A DNA stretch of 64,000 bases from Octopus sinensis (GCF_006345805.1 NC_042997.1:10354001-10418000); one strand, 5' to 3'. Counted from the first letter of the stretch, positions 40,933 to 54,947 are shown. Notes: generated from the letters alone by a model not told the origin. A program made the numbers and translations.

Positions 40933-41125
40933 GAATCGTTAGCACGCCGGGCGAAATGCTAAGTGGTATTTCGTCTGCCGTTACGTTCTGAGTTCAAATT
41001 CCGCCGAGGGCGACTTTGCTTTTCATCCTTTTAGGCACTGCAGTCGATGTAATCGACTTAATCCCTTTGTCTGTCCTTGTTTTTCCCCTCTATGTTTTTC
41101 CCCCTGTGAGCAATAAAGAAAGAAA
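40933..41125 (+). mobile_element. SINE family B with internal deletion
   Basis: Family B head and tail. Confidence 0.8.
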
Positions 41126-41754
41126 TATGTAATCCAGAAATAGTAACATATATTTCATTATATTTCCTTATATTTTACTCGCTTTCTCAATCTTTTTTTT
41201 TCCATCCTGCTTGAAATCAAAATATCGAAGTTTTCTAATGCTGTAATATTATGTTATTTACGTTTTTATAAGATAGCCATCTATTCTGTGAATTTTCGAA
41301 TTCTTTTCCAACTCGTCATGTTAACGTTAACACTTGATGCTTCTAGCAAAGTAAAATATTAAATCTTTTAAAATTTACTCGTGATATAATGGGGAAATGT
41401 CTATGCAATGACTTGATCATAGCGTAAAAGAGTGGCATTTACTCTTAACAAAAAATACAGATGAAATGAACACCATTAACTTTTGAAAACCACTCCTGAT
41501 ATCCATAATTTTTAAAATTATCCCTTTCAACTGTGTTCTTTAAAATTATGTGTCACTTTGCAAATATAGATTTTACAGTTTCATAAACATCCTTTAAAAA
41601 TCATTGACCACTGTTACGACCATAAATAGAGCATCTCTGGCATCGGGCTTTTTCAAATTAAAAAATAATAACTAAGGTAAAACGTGTGTTAATGATATAG
41701 CAGTACTTTCATCTCTTAATATAGGAAATATTTGTTAACAGCAAAATATCAAAT

Positions 41755-41811
<57 letters not shown>

Positions 41812-42707
41812 TTAAGCAATCATATCTTTACGATGCATATCAATTTAGCCATCTTTATATTGATATGTTCGGTTATTTTACAGCCAGAAAACGCTCATTT
41901 ACAACTTAAAGTAGGTAATCTACGTGACTAAAAGAAACGTGATGCCCAGAAAAATATCCTGCATCCAGAATTTGCTGTCATAACTTCTTCGTTTATCGAA
42001 GCCCTTTTGCAACAAAAAACTTCGTGTGCTTCGGTGTGGTTTTATGACATCAAATGTTTTATGACACCAAATATGAGAGATATTTTTATTTGAAGCTCAC
42101 AAAAGAGGTAGATGCGTCAAGTTCGTTACTATCACTTCTTAACCAGTCTTCACTTCTTTTCCAAAACTTTACTTGTACCACATCCTCTCCTTTGTGGTCG
42201 GTCATTGATTAGATGTTATTGGGAAAAAGGTTGGCAATGAAGAATGTTTCAAATATGTGGTTCGCAGTTCACCGCAAGTCACTTTCCAATCATATAAACA
42301 CCATAAACGTGTCTAATTCTCCAGTAGCATTTCTTTGCTCCGTTGCTCGACCGAAGCTGTGATAAGCATTTACAATAATCAGAAACATTGCTAGTTATTT
42401 TATTATTAATGACTGAGTAGTGTACTATTAAGTTCTAATTGTTTGGTGAATTACGCCTCCTATATTTATATGAATACAAGAAATTACCAATAATTTTAAG
42501 ATTTTTTAATATGGAGTCAGCCTCAAACACCACCATTTCAATTAGGTTCAATGAGAAGGACGCGTAACTATCATAAGTAAGCATTGGACCACACTGCAAG
42601 AACACTAAACGTGCTAAAATATCAGTATGTGTATGTGCGTATGGATGTATCTAGATGTGTATTTATAAATGTGTGTGTATTTGCTTATATGTATGGATGT
42701 ATATGTC

Positions 42708-43400
42708 TGTAGGTAGGTAGGCAGATAGGTAGGTAGGTAGGTAGGTAGGTAGGTAGGTAGGTAGGTAGGTAGATAGGTAGGTAGGTAGGTAGGTGGGTAG
42801 GTAGGTAGGTAGGTAAGTAGGTAGGCAGGTAGGTAGGTGGGTAGGTAGGTAGGTAGGTAGGTAGGTAGGTAGATATGTCGGTAGGTAGGTAGATATGTCG
42901 GTAGGTAGGTAGATAGGTAGGTAGGTAGGTAGGTAGGTAGGTAAGTAGATAGGCAGGTATGTAGATAGTTAGGTAGGTAGGTAGGTAGGTAGGTAGGTAG
43001 GTAGGTAGGTAAGTAGGTAGGTAGGTATGTAAGTAGGTAGGTAAGTAGATAGGCAGGTAGGTAGGTAGTTACGTAGGTAGGTAGGTAGGTAGATAGGTAG
43101 GTATGTAGGAAGGGAGGTAAGTAGGTAAGTAGGCAGGCAGGTATGTAGGTAGTTAGGTAGGTAGGTAGGTTGGTAGGTAGGTTGGTAGGTAGGTAGGTAG
43201 GTAAATAGGAAGGTAGGTACGTAGATAGGCAGGTATGTAGGTAGTTAGGTAGGTAGGTAGGTAGGTAGGTAGGTAGGTAGGTAGGTAGGCAGGTAACTAG
43301 GTTGGTAACTAGGTAGGTAGGTAGGTAGGTAGGTAGGTAGGTAGGTAGGTAGGTAGGTAGGTAGGTAGGTAGGCAGGCATGCAGGTTGGTAGGTAGGTAG
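42708..43400. repeat. ~690-bp degenerate (GTAG)n tetranucleotide array
   Basis: Directly visible. Confidence 0.97.
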
Positions 43401-44218
43401 TAATGCTTGTTTTGTGTATCATCTGCGGCAGCTATTTCTGATGCCTGAGAATTTCCATTCTTGAAAGGTTTCCTCCTTGTTGATGGTGTTAATGACTGAG
43501 AAGGACATTCCTGGCATAAAACAAGCCAGAACAAAGACAACAAGGAAGAGATGGTGGATAGCGAGAATGTTATTGTCACATCTTGCATTCTTTTTTAACG
43601 TTTCACTTTTCTTGATTTCACAAAGATCACTTCCAGTTGTGATAGAGTGAGTGATACCAGCTTGAGCGATTCTTGGCTTCAGATTCCCACACTTTACTTT
43701 CATTTTCAAGTTTTTTGAGAGGTTGGCTTTTAGCTAGAAGTTTTATTTTAAGCTGTGGAAGGGCAGAAACGACTACTCGTAATCTATACCGCTGATTAAT
43801 TCAGTGAAGAGCATTTGATGAAGAAATCTTTCGTCTTCCATTCTAACCACACACCCTAATCAGTCTTAACTGGTGTTTTAATGTAGTTAACTCTATGCTT
43901 CGACTGTTGGCATTATCTAAAACAGCACTGCTAATTATGTACTTCTTATGTTTAAGATGGTGTGGAGATACTTTTGATGAAAATGCTCTAGCTTCTCAAT
44001 GTCCGTGTTTCACAAACATGTTCGTATTTCGCAAACGTATAATAATCGTATATGACAACAGCTCGATTATCCATCAGTTTCTTTTTGTTGGTTAGAAGTT
44101 TGTTATTTAAGACTCGTTTCCATAATTTTCCAGAGGCTGAAGGAAATGATCCACAGTATTTTCCGAAATATATATGTTTGAAAGAATACTTCAAAGAAAG
44201 GAAAACGCATAGTTACAT

Positions 44219-44599
44219 ACTAGCCAATGAAAAATGCGGCATAACAATATTTTTAACAATTAAACCTGGAAAATTAGCGGACAAGAAAAAAAAAATACTC
44301 ATTAAAATTAGAGCTTAAAATATTGCTGCTAAAATTCAAATTAAAAAGTACCTCTTGGGTACTTTTCATACTTTTTTAAAAATTCAATTTATTTCAATTT
44401 TTCTTTTTTCTTTTTATTTTGTTTTTTGTAATACATGAATTAATAAAAAAAATTTAATTTAAATTTTAGCAGTAATATTTTAAGCTCTAATTTTAATGAG
44501 TTTTTCATGTCCCCTATTTTTCCAGGTTTAATTGTTAAGAATATTGTCAGGATGCGTCCCCATTTTTCATTGGCTAGTCCAGTGTTTTTACAGGCATTG
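44219..44599. mobile_element. fold-back MITE related to 4762-5277
   Basis: Inverted arms ACTAGCCAATGAAAAATG.../...CATTTTTCATTGGCTAGT. Shares AAACCTGGAAAA, CTTAAAATATTGC and the CAGGCATTG terminus. Confidence 0.75.
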
Positions 44600-46052
44600 C
44601 AGAAAAGTTAAAATTTTAATTAAGATTATATAAAACTACAATCTTTTGCAGTCATTTTGAATTCATAAATTTCCAAGAAAATTCAAACAAAATTTAGATT
44701 TTTTTCATTTGACTAATTCTCGTTTAGAAATTAAATTAAAAATGAATCATAATCATCGCAACTTTTCCTATTCTTGACATAATGTACGTACTGTAATTTC
44801 GGTATTGTATAGAGACAAAGTTACAAATGAATATATTTAAAGAATTTTTTAAATAACGGAAAACAATGAAGATACAAATTTAATAAAATGACTTTATTTT
44901 AAATAAATTAAATTTAATTAATATTGAATAGAATATAATTACAAGTAGCATTTGCTTTTCTGAGCAGCCTTACTACAGACTTCAGTACTGCTCATAGAGA
45001 CAAAGCCAAAAATAATCATATTCTATTTACTATAAAATTAATAAATAAATTATAAGGTCATTTTTAGCATGCAAATAATTAACTCCATGTTTGAAAATTT
45101 AAAAATAGTGAAAATTGACTGTTAAAATATTTGAATTTTTGTCATTTGCCTTTTCTGAACAGTCCTACTGCATGACTCAGTACTGCTCATGGAGACAAAA
45201 TCCAAAAAAGATTTAATATTTTATGAAATAATCTTGTTCTTAAAATAATTCATTCCAAAATGGACCTTAAAAAGTCATACTACAGAAAATTAAGCAAAAA
45301 ATTTCATTTTTTTATAAAAAATAATTTAGACTAATGAACATAAATATTAGAACTCTTTGTATCGATTTGTGCCTCCTTTTATCTTTTGTTGAGTATGCGC
45401 CTAAGAAATAGTTTAGTTCATATATGAGCAGTGTGTTTTTAATATCACGCAGAATTGATAAAAATTTGAGAGTTAAAATTAAATATCTTTTATTTCTAAT
45501 GGATAAAATTTTACGAAACCTTTACCAATATATTTCTTTAACATTTCTGTTTCATATTAATATGAATATAATAATTCTTAACCAAAATTAAAAGAATGGT
45601 GTGGATTCCAAGTGCCGATATCGGGCGTTACTCACGTAAGTCAATACATTTTTTCTTTTAACTTTGGTTCTACTGCATCAGATTTTAAGTATTTTATGTC
45701 TAAATGTAGCTTATCACTCGTCAAACATAATTCAGAAACCTAAATTTGATTTCGATTAAAACTGAATTAGTGAGACTGCTTGGAAGACGCCGACTGCGAA
45801 AAAAAAAGCTATGTTAAGAATATTATTCAACTACTACCATAGTTGAATGATATAAAACCTGTCATTAACTCAAGAGTCGCGCAATATATTTCATTTGAGC
45901 ATCACACATAAGACTACAAAACGTTTGACAGTAACTTCGCAGTTTCATCGGTTGTGGACCAGGCAGTCCATTTGACACAGAACCGATGAAATTGTGAAGT
46001 CAATTCCAAAATTGTTGTTATAAAAAGTAAATGTGTATAAATAGATAGATAA

Positions 46053-46905
46053 CACTGGGCAACAAAAAGATTTATTGTCCGCTACCAAGACAACTAGCGC
46101 TGTACTAAACTAAATTGAGTATGCTGATTCCGATTCTGAACTCAAATTTGCTGTAGTACGTCCAGATTTTGAGTTATGCGCATAATTATATCTTAATACT
46201 ATATTAGAATCAGAAAGAGTTAAGTTCAATGTAAATAATTATTATAATATCATATTAGTAGAGTGTATAGTAAATGTATGCTCAAGGCAAATAGTTTTAT
46301 AATATAATGGTACATACTATATTTATGTTAAGGGAATACTAACTTTATTTTTAATATGCTCAGCTCAGAAATGCTTAAGACATTTGATCTTGCATTTATG
46401 TGTCGTGCTGGTCTCCTGTTGTAGGAACCAGCAGCAACCACCCATCAAATGTGGATTGAACGGGCCTTGATACCTCGTTTCCATCTCAGATGCTGGAATC
46501 TTTCACCATACTCATTACTAACGGCACCAAGATTCGTTGGAAAAAAATTGAGATGAGAATGCAAAAAGTGCATGTTAAGGGACATTCGACACCCCATTCT
46601 TTCATGCGCTCTTAGCATGTTGTTTATTAAATCAGCATAGTTTTCAGCTCTATGATTTCCAAAGAAAGTTCTATATAACTAACACGAATGAATCCCACGC
46701 CGTCAGCTCAATTGGATTCAGTTTACCTCTGAATTTGCTATCAGATATCAATTCTCTGATCCCGGGCCCATTGGAAATACCTGCTTTCAGTTTTGCATCA
46801 ATTTTCTCTGCACCAAATTTTACTTTTAGGTACTAGAAGCCACAATCATCATGTGTCATTGTTTTTACGAAGTTTTTTATGAGGCCGAGTGTGACGTGAA
46901 TGGGT
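46053..46905 (-). mobile_element. Sola2-like DNA transposon remnant (transposase C-terminal half)
   Basis: PIHVTLGLIKNFVK..AKLKAGISNGPGIREL..GCRMSLNMHFLHSHLNFFPTNLGAVSNEYGERF..METRYQG, with frameshifts. Confidence 0.7.
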
Positions 46906-48084
46906 GAAAGGAAGATCTTTTATGGGTCTACCATATATATACATTTATGTACTATGCAGGTATGTCCATGCATATGTGCATATATGTAAGTGTGCATGCA
47001 TATGTGCACGTATATGTGTGTATGTTGCTATTCGGAATAACCTCTCAGAATTTGCATGCACTTTTTCGCCAAAACAATTTCTACCTTCATCAAAGTTTCT
47101 CCTAATCAGAACATGGCTTATAGAAATATGTAAATAAATCCAAGAGTCCAGACCATACGTTAAGAAAAACAATTCTATGCGAAAACCCCAGCAATGGTAA
47201 CTTTACTTAGTACCCAATCAACTCCAGACTACTAAGAACATAAGGAAATATTAATACACACTTAATGAAATGACAGCAAATTTACTCACATCTCTCTAAC
47301 TACCAATACACAGAATTGCAGGTGTTCAACTTATGTAAATACATAAATATATATTATATGTACATAGAAGAATATATCTGTATTCAAGTATGCACGCTTG
47401 TTAGTATTTATGTATGTAGATTTGTATTTATATGTAATTATCTAGCTGTATGTTTGCAACTCTCGCATTTACTAAATTATATGTTGTGTATGTAATAGGA
47501 GTAATTTTTGGATTTGAGGAGGTGCCTAGGAAACAGTTACAACTGAAAGCGTCAACAAAAATTATTAACAGCAAAAAGACCATAATAACATTTCGAAATT
47601 CGCAAAACAAAAGGACTGCAACAACAATAAAAATTGGTGTGATAAATATGATTTACAGACCCAAATTACTTGAGGGTGTGGGCGGGAAACACATACAGAA
47701 CATTTCTTTATCTATTTACATATCATATCCTTTTCAATCTCGCATCGTGACTAAATGTGTTATGTTTAAAGCTGAACGACAAACATTGTTACATACCGAG
47801 TAAAATCAAACTAAACTTCTTGATAAACAGGAATGAATTATTGAACCAGTTTTGATCATGTAGCGTAAATATTCGATCAATATTTCATACAAATTTGACA
47901 GTTCCAGTGTTTGCGTCATGTATATCATGTCTAAACGTTGATTGATGCAGACATCTATTCAAACACATCCCTATACGTATAGTTTCACTGATTCTTATAT
48001 GCAGATATAAAAATGCAAACGTAATATGTTTGGGCGTGTGTTTTGTGATTCTGCATGTATGTGCTCATATATGTGCTTGTACGC

Positions 48085-48116
<32 letters not shown>

Positions 48117-48247
48117 TTGCGTGTGGGTGTGGGTGAAAACATATATGTATATATGTATATATATATATATATGTGTATATATGTATATATATATATATAT
48201 ACACATACGCACATTTGCGTGTGGGTGGGTGTGAAAACATGTATTTA

Positions 48248-48308
<61 letters not shown>

Positions 48309-48792
48309 ATTTGCGTATGAGTGTGTGTGTGAAAACATATATGTATATATGGACATATATATGTATATATATGTGCATTATATATGTATCTATAGGTATA
48401 TGCTATACACACACACACCTTACGTATTTGTATATATGCGTGCGCATGCATGAAAGCATGTATGTATAAGTTAAAGTGAAGGTAATAAAATGAGGAAATG
48501 GGATATAGCCTGAATGTGAGAGATACATGTTCCTATGCATATTTTATGTGTGTATACGAATCCTTTTTCTCTATATGTGCCTATGATTATCTGCTTATGT
48601 ACACTTCTGTGCGTGTTCATATACCTATGTGGTAGATAAAGTTGTTATATGTGTGTTTGTAAGTGTCAGTGTGTGCATACATGAATATGTATACACAAAC
48701 ATAGCACATAGCTGTGTATACATATACATATGCATATACATATACATATACATATATATATATATATATATATAATATATATATATATATAT

Positions 48793-48851
<59 letters not shown>

Positions 48852-49148
48852 AGGCATGTACATGATCGAATGCATGCGCAATTCACCGAATCGATTCGAT
48901 TCAAAAATATCCTCAGTTTATTATTTCGTTAGATTGATATAATTATGAAGCAAAGAATTGCGTGAGCACACTATCTCATAATTATATTAGGAATAACAGT
49001 ATTTAGTAGAGATGCTTCTATTCCTTTCGTCTGGTTTCTATTTCGCTTGCAGCACATTCGAAAACTCTTCGCACATATACCGTTCAATATAGAAGAAAAA
49101 TCAATAGAATTTGAGCGATATCCTGAGCAATTATTATTATTATTATCA

Positions 49149-49199
<51 letters not shown>

Positions 49200-49229
49200 T
49201 ATTATTATTATTATTATAAAATATTATTA

Positions 49230-49259
<30 letters not shown>

Positions 49260-49262
<3 letters not shown>

Positions 49263-50025
49263 GCCTTTGCACAGTTTCTAACGCTGGAGATGTACTACAG
49301 TGTCAGCTATTTACTACCAGTGAACTAAGGTAACACCCTTATTTTTCGAGCACCTTCCGGAGTATACAAGCAGTTACAAGCAGTGCCGTTTTCTGCAAGT
49401 CCTCCACCCTTATTGCAGCCCCTATTTGTTCCACGTACTTCTCGAGATTTTTGCTCACTGTTCCCAGTCCCAGGACTCCAACAATTATTGGTACTACTGC
49501 TATCGTTTTCATCGACCACAACTGCTTAACCTCCCAATCTAACCTGTCATATCTCTCAACTTTTCTTTCTTCCTTATGACATACATTGTTGTCAGCTGGG
49601 CATGCTGTATCTATGATCCAGCATAGTTTGTTTTCTTTCTCAATTAAGACTATGTCTGGCTTGCTATTCTTTATCTCATAGTCGCACTATATCATAAAAT
49701 CCCATAGGATCTTTGCATTTCTATTTTCGACAATGCCTCCAGGTTTGCTGTCGTACCAATTTTTTCCTCTATCAAGGTCATACTTGTTGCAGAGTGCCAA
49801 TGGACAAGCCTGGCTATATAGTCGTGGTGTCTCTTATATTCCTTCTGGGATAGTGGCGTACATTGCCTGATAGTATGCTATACGGTTTCACCGTTTTGTC
49901 CACAGATTCTGCCCTTATCACTTTCTGCTGTGTTGTCTATTCTGTATTTTATGTAGTTTGTTGTTATAGTTTGCTCTTGGGTAGCACTGATTAGAATCTC
50001 CGTTTCCGGTTTTAAATCACTAGTA
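49260..50025 (-). mobile_element. R4/Dong retrotransposon, 5'-truncated (zinc knuckle plus restriction-like endonuclease)
   Basis: RICGQNGETV..KILWDF..PDIVLIEK..IIDTACPAD..VVPIIVG..LQKTALL. The 3' end runs into (TAA)n. Confidence 0.9.
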
Positions 50026-50051
50026 ACACTACAATTATTATTATTATTATT

Positions 50052-50512
50052 GAGTGAGAGAGCAGTTCATGCCATCAAAGTGACACTGGGGTAAAATATA
50101 CGAAGCCCAATATACCCATCATGACTACCCGTCTGATAAAGGTACACCAGGCACACGCATCACAACCATATGTGCGCGACATTGTGATCTCATATCAAGA
50201 TAAACAGCACATGACCTTGCAGGTGGGGCCCAGTTAGAATTTTCTTCAGGTTGAGTAGCCCATCCCGCTCAAACGGTCCCTGAATAAGGGTTGTTTAAGG
50301 ATGTTGAAAGAACCACCCATGTTTCCAGAGGTGAACTATTCAAACCCCAAACAATTCCTCTCAACACATGGCTATGATGCTCCCCCACTACTTCTGCTCG
50401 TGATCAGAGATGCACATATCGTCAGCCACTAAGGGACATGCTCAACTGGTTATGGTCAAACAACTGACAAGCAAATCTGTGGTATTGAGCAGAATATTTG
50501 CTGTAGCCCATC

Positions 50513-50516
<4 letters not shown>
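50052..50516 (-). mobile_element. non-coding (TAA)n-embedded element, copy 1
   Basis: Highly similar to 54948-55504 and 58883-59173. Both flanks are (ATT)n. Strand is inferred. Confidence 0.8.
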
Positions 50517-50573
<57 letters not shown>

Positions 50574-50660
50574 GTTATTGTTATTGTTATTATTATTATT
50601 ATTATTATCATTATTATTATTATCATCATCATTATTATTAATATTATCATCATCATCATT

Positions 50661-50695
<35 letters not shown>

Positions 50696-50959
50696 TATCA
50701 TCATTATCATCCTCATCATCATCATCATTATTATTATTATTATTATTGCGAGCTGGCAGAAAGATTTGCACACCGATCGAAATACTGAATTTTTCACGTC
50801 TTTACGTTCCAGGCTCAAATCCTGCGGCCGTCGAGGTTGCCTTTCATCCTTTTGAAGTTTAAACAAGTAAAGGTAGAAAAAAAAACGATAAATGGTAAAG
50901 TTTTATCATTCTCAATTTCAGTTTTACATAATGAGTATTGTTTCAATTTTCACTTCACA

Positions 50960-51350
50960 CATTCTATTTAACTCTACTACCAGGATACAAGATTTAGATA
51001 GTCTCTCTATTTCATATAGACGTGTATTGCACTGCTTTGCGTTTTTAACATCTGTACATCTTCCATAACGATATAGGTGTTTCCCAACTCTGTCGTTTCT
51101 GTTTACATATTTCGATTTGTGGCTTAAATTGGGGCAAGATCAGAAGCAATATACTAGATTCATTCTCATTATTTCAAACTTTCAATAATCACCTTTTGCA
51201 GTTTCGTATATTTTTATTAGCGATTTTCTCGTAAACAAGTTTTAAAGCTTGTGTTGTTCTTTCTTTTTTCTCTTCATAACATCCTACAGCTTGAAACCCT
51301 GTTTTATATGTATTGACTTCCTTGATGATAGAGCTGAGTTATAGCTTTAG
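50960..51350 (-). mobile_element. very old R4/Dong remnant
   Basis: SCPNLSHKSKYVNRNDRVGKHLY resembles the C..L....Y..RHD.V motif. Confidence 0.45.
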
Positions 51351-52189
51351 TTGTTTTTATTGCTATTCGTTTTAGTGTTCCTTTACTCATTACCAGGGAT
51401 TTTTACAATCTTATTGTAAATATACTTAATGGTTATCTAATTGGCAAAAAAACTATATCCCCTTATTTGTGGTTAATATAAATTTTCTGTGGATTCCACA
51501 TGCAGTCATTATTCGCTTTGCTTCTCTTTCTAATTTGGTTACTTTATATGGCTTCCAGTTGGAAATATAACTATACCTTATTGATGAAACAACTAAATTA
51601 TTGATAACAATTATCATATGTTTAGCATTTAGTGCTGTTTTAATTATTAATGCAAATAGTCGGTATTTCTTCCTTGTCTTTTCCTTGCTATGTGTGTTTC
51701 ATTGTCTATCTCATTAATAACCATGTTCATTCATTCCTGAATAATTTTAAGTATTTTTTTGTTTCCTAGTGGTTCTTTATCTAACATGGTATTAGCGATT
51801 TTTATTCATTTCTTTTTTTTCAATGTTGCTTTGACGCATTTTTCTCAGTCAAATTTTATAGCGATTTCCTTATTGAAATCGTATACTATAATCAACTGCT
51901 TCCACATGTTTGACTTTTAGAGCACAAAACTTAGTATCATCCATATACTGAAGATAATTGATCATCATCCCAGAGTGTATACAGTATGGTTTACCATACT
52001 GGTTAAGTGTGATAACAGTAGTAACGAAAGGAATGAGGGGAGAGAGAGTGTTTAGAATGTTTCTCTTTTAATAAGCATGCATTTTGCGTTTACAATCCCG
52101 TAAATTGTTTGATCTTACACAATCGCATTTTAGGATTGATCATAGGAGTTTTTATAGCGTTCCAGTATGCAATGGTTTGGGAGGTTTAT

Positions 52190-52275
52190 TGTTCAGCTAT
52201 AGTACCCTCTCCATACACAACACAAATGTCGCGAGCAGCTTTTGCACACTTTGTTTGTCTTTGTATTGCCTCCAC
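52190..52275 (-). mobile_element. mariner HTH fragment
   Basis: KAARDICVVYGEGTIAE. Confidence 0.6.
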
Positions 52276-52334
52276 ATCATCTTTCGTCCTGGTGTCAAAT
52301 AAATGAAATCATCATCATCATTATTATTGTTATT

Positions 52335-53415
52335 CATTCATAACACAGTGTGAGTAAAAATGCACCGCAGTCTTTAGTCATCCGTCAAGATTTCCAGTTG
52401 CTTAAGAAGTTTTGAAGTTTCAATGGGATTGAGCTCGATGTTCCGATCCCCACTGGTATCACTTTTACATAACCCTCTCGCATTCCATACAGTCTTGCCA
52501 TTTTCACTTTCAATTCGGAGTACTAGGTGATTTTTTTAACCTCTCTACTCAGAACATTCATGTCATTTGGTATGGCTACATCAATGATCTGTTAGTATTT
52601 GTCTCTTTTATTCAATGTGACAATATCCGGCCGACGGGGTTCGATTACACGAACCGTCTGAAAATCAGTCCCAGAGTGTCGTTACTTTTCCATCCTCCTG
52701 CATAACTTTACTTGGTACATGTTCATACCAGTTCTCTGTTACTTCATATTAGTATTTACGACATAAGAGCCAATAAAGATACACACACACACTTTATCAT
52801 GGCAGCGCTTGTAATCTTTTTGTGAAGAGTTTGCATTTCCCGTTCTTCATCCTTAACAGCCCCATCACCATTCCCCTGTTCCTCCTGTCTACTCTTCTCC
52901 TTGCTTTCAGCTCCTACCTCTCTGTTTTTAAATCCGACCATCTTTTGTAGCTCATCCGCCCGCAGGGTCTCTCAGACTCTTACTAATCAGAGATATTTCT
53001 ACTCCAGTTAAGTAACCCTTCTTCCTAATCACTCTCACTTGGTCTATTAGTTTATTTTCTGACATTGGACACATGTCCTTTTCCATACAACATTTCAAGG
53101 TAAGTCAACCTATTCAGTGACTTCTTTCCAGCTTTACATTTTCATGACATTCAATAAGTGTATCATACGCTTCCATTGTCCACTTATTTCTGTTTTTGCG
53201 CAAATCATGTATATGATCTGTTGTGATATAACGACCGTTCGAGGCCAGATCACTGCCCCTATGTAGGCAGTTTCGGACTACCAGGCGGGAAACCTTCACC
53301 ATGTTCAGCTAGAGCTTCATTCTCGCTGTTAGGTTTTTCCTTGTGTTGGATTATGCTTTCATGAGTCTTTCGTGAGGTTCCCACGAGAGTTTTTATTGAG
53401 ATTACATCTCTCTCT
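52335..53415 (-). mobile_element. internally deleted R4/Dong element retaining both end regions
   Basis: N-terminal RNKWTMEAYDTLIEC..SENKLIDQVRVIRKKGYL is joined near 52790 to RLE motifs DFQTVRVIEPRRPDIV..IIDVAIPND. No RT. The 5' flank is (TAA)n. Confidence 0.8.
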
Positions 53416-53721
53416 TATTATTATTATTTGTATATACATGTACACATAGATGTACATACACATATATATATATATATAAATAACGTGCTTGTATTGTGTC
53501 ACCTCCATAACCACAATGTTTATCATTACCACCATCGTTCTATCTATAGCATATAAAAATTATCAATAATAATACGGGTCCCGGTATATTGCACAAGATC
53601 TTCGTCACTATTTATCAAATACTCGCCAGGCGTTCCCCTTTCACTCCTTATACAATGGTCTATACTAATCAGTCCTGTGCCACCATTCCTTATTTTCATA
53701 ATAATAATAATAATAATAATA

Positions 53722-54726
53722 ATAAGAGAGGAGGAAGATTATTGAATGCGAACACAGCATTAGAGCAGAAGAATACAACATAGTATGGTATGTAAAAAAT
53801 GCTACAGAACCGCAATTATTAGAAGTAAGAGGGTTCGGCTTGTGCAGGATGAAAGATTTCAAACACAAAGCACTGTACAAGCAATTGAAAACGAATGAAA
53901 CTGAAAATAGGTGGGTAAAGAAAAGAATTTATGGTCAATTTCATAGGGATGTCGAAGATAACACAGACAGAGAAAAGAAGTTGGCTGTGGATGACTAAAA
54001 GTGATTTAAAACCGGAAACGGGGGCTCTAATCTGTGCTGCCCAAAGGCAAGCAATAAGAACAAATTACATAAAATAAAGAATAGACAACACATCAGGTGA
54101 TAAATGCAGAATTTGTGGACAAAATGGTGAAACCGTATGGCATATTACCAGCCATATACGCCACTAGCCCAGAAGGGATATATGAAACGCCACGACAATA
54201 TAGAAAGGCTTGTGCATTAGACACTTTGCAACAAGTATGGACTTGACAGAGCAAAACATTCGTACGACCATAAATTCGAAGGTATTATCGAAAATGATAA
54301 TACAAAGATCCTGAGAGATTTTACGATTTAGTGTGACCTTGAGATAGAGAATAGGAAGCCAGACATAATCTTGAAAAGGAAAGCAAACTATGCTAGATCA
54401 TAGATATAGCATGCCCAGTTGACAACAATGTATGCGATAAGGAAGAAAGAAAAGTTGAGAGATGTGACAGGTTAGATTGGGAGGTTAAACAGTTGTGGTC
54501 GATAAAAAAGGTAGCAGTAGTACCAATAATTGTCGGAGCCCTTGGAACAGTGAGCAAAAATCTCGAGAAGTACGTGGAACAAATAGGGGCTGCAATAAGG
54601 GTGGAGGACTTGCAGTAAACAGTACTGCTTGGAAACGCTCAAATACTCCGGAAGGTGCTCGAAAAATAAGGGGTTTTACATTAGTTCACTGGTAGTAAAC
54701 AGCGTTAGAAGCTGTGCAAAGGCAAT
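53722..54726 (+). mobile_element. R4/Dong retrotransposon, 5'-truncated, same family as 49260-50025
   Basis: RGGR..WMTKSDLKPETGALICAAQ..DKCRICGQNGETVWHI..RHD..RKPDI. (TAA)n on both flanks. 3' end CTGTGCAAAGGC-AATAAT. Confidence 0.9.
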
Positions 54727-54738
54727 AATAATAATAAG

Positions 54739-54780
<42 letters not shown>

Positions 54781-54877
54781 TTATTATTATTATTATTATT
54801 GTTGTTGTTGTTGTTGTTGTTGTGTTGTTGTTGTTGTGTTGTTGTTGTTGTTGTTGTTATTGTTGTTGTTGTTGTTG

Positions 54878-54908
<31 letters not shown>

Positions 54909-54947
54909 ATTATTATTATATTATTATATTATTATTATTATTATTAT

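Noticed and set aside
42100-42380. Possible mariner N-terminal remnant
   Set aside because: Only a short RIRHVYG-like motif; too degraded to call.
42614-43588. 324-aa ORF as a secreted repetitive protein
   Set aside because: Explained by the stop-free (CCTA)n array; there is no independent gene evidence.
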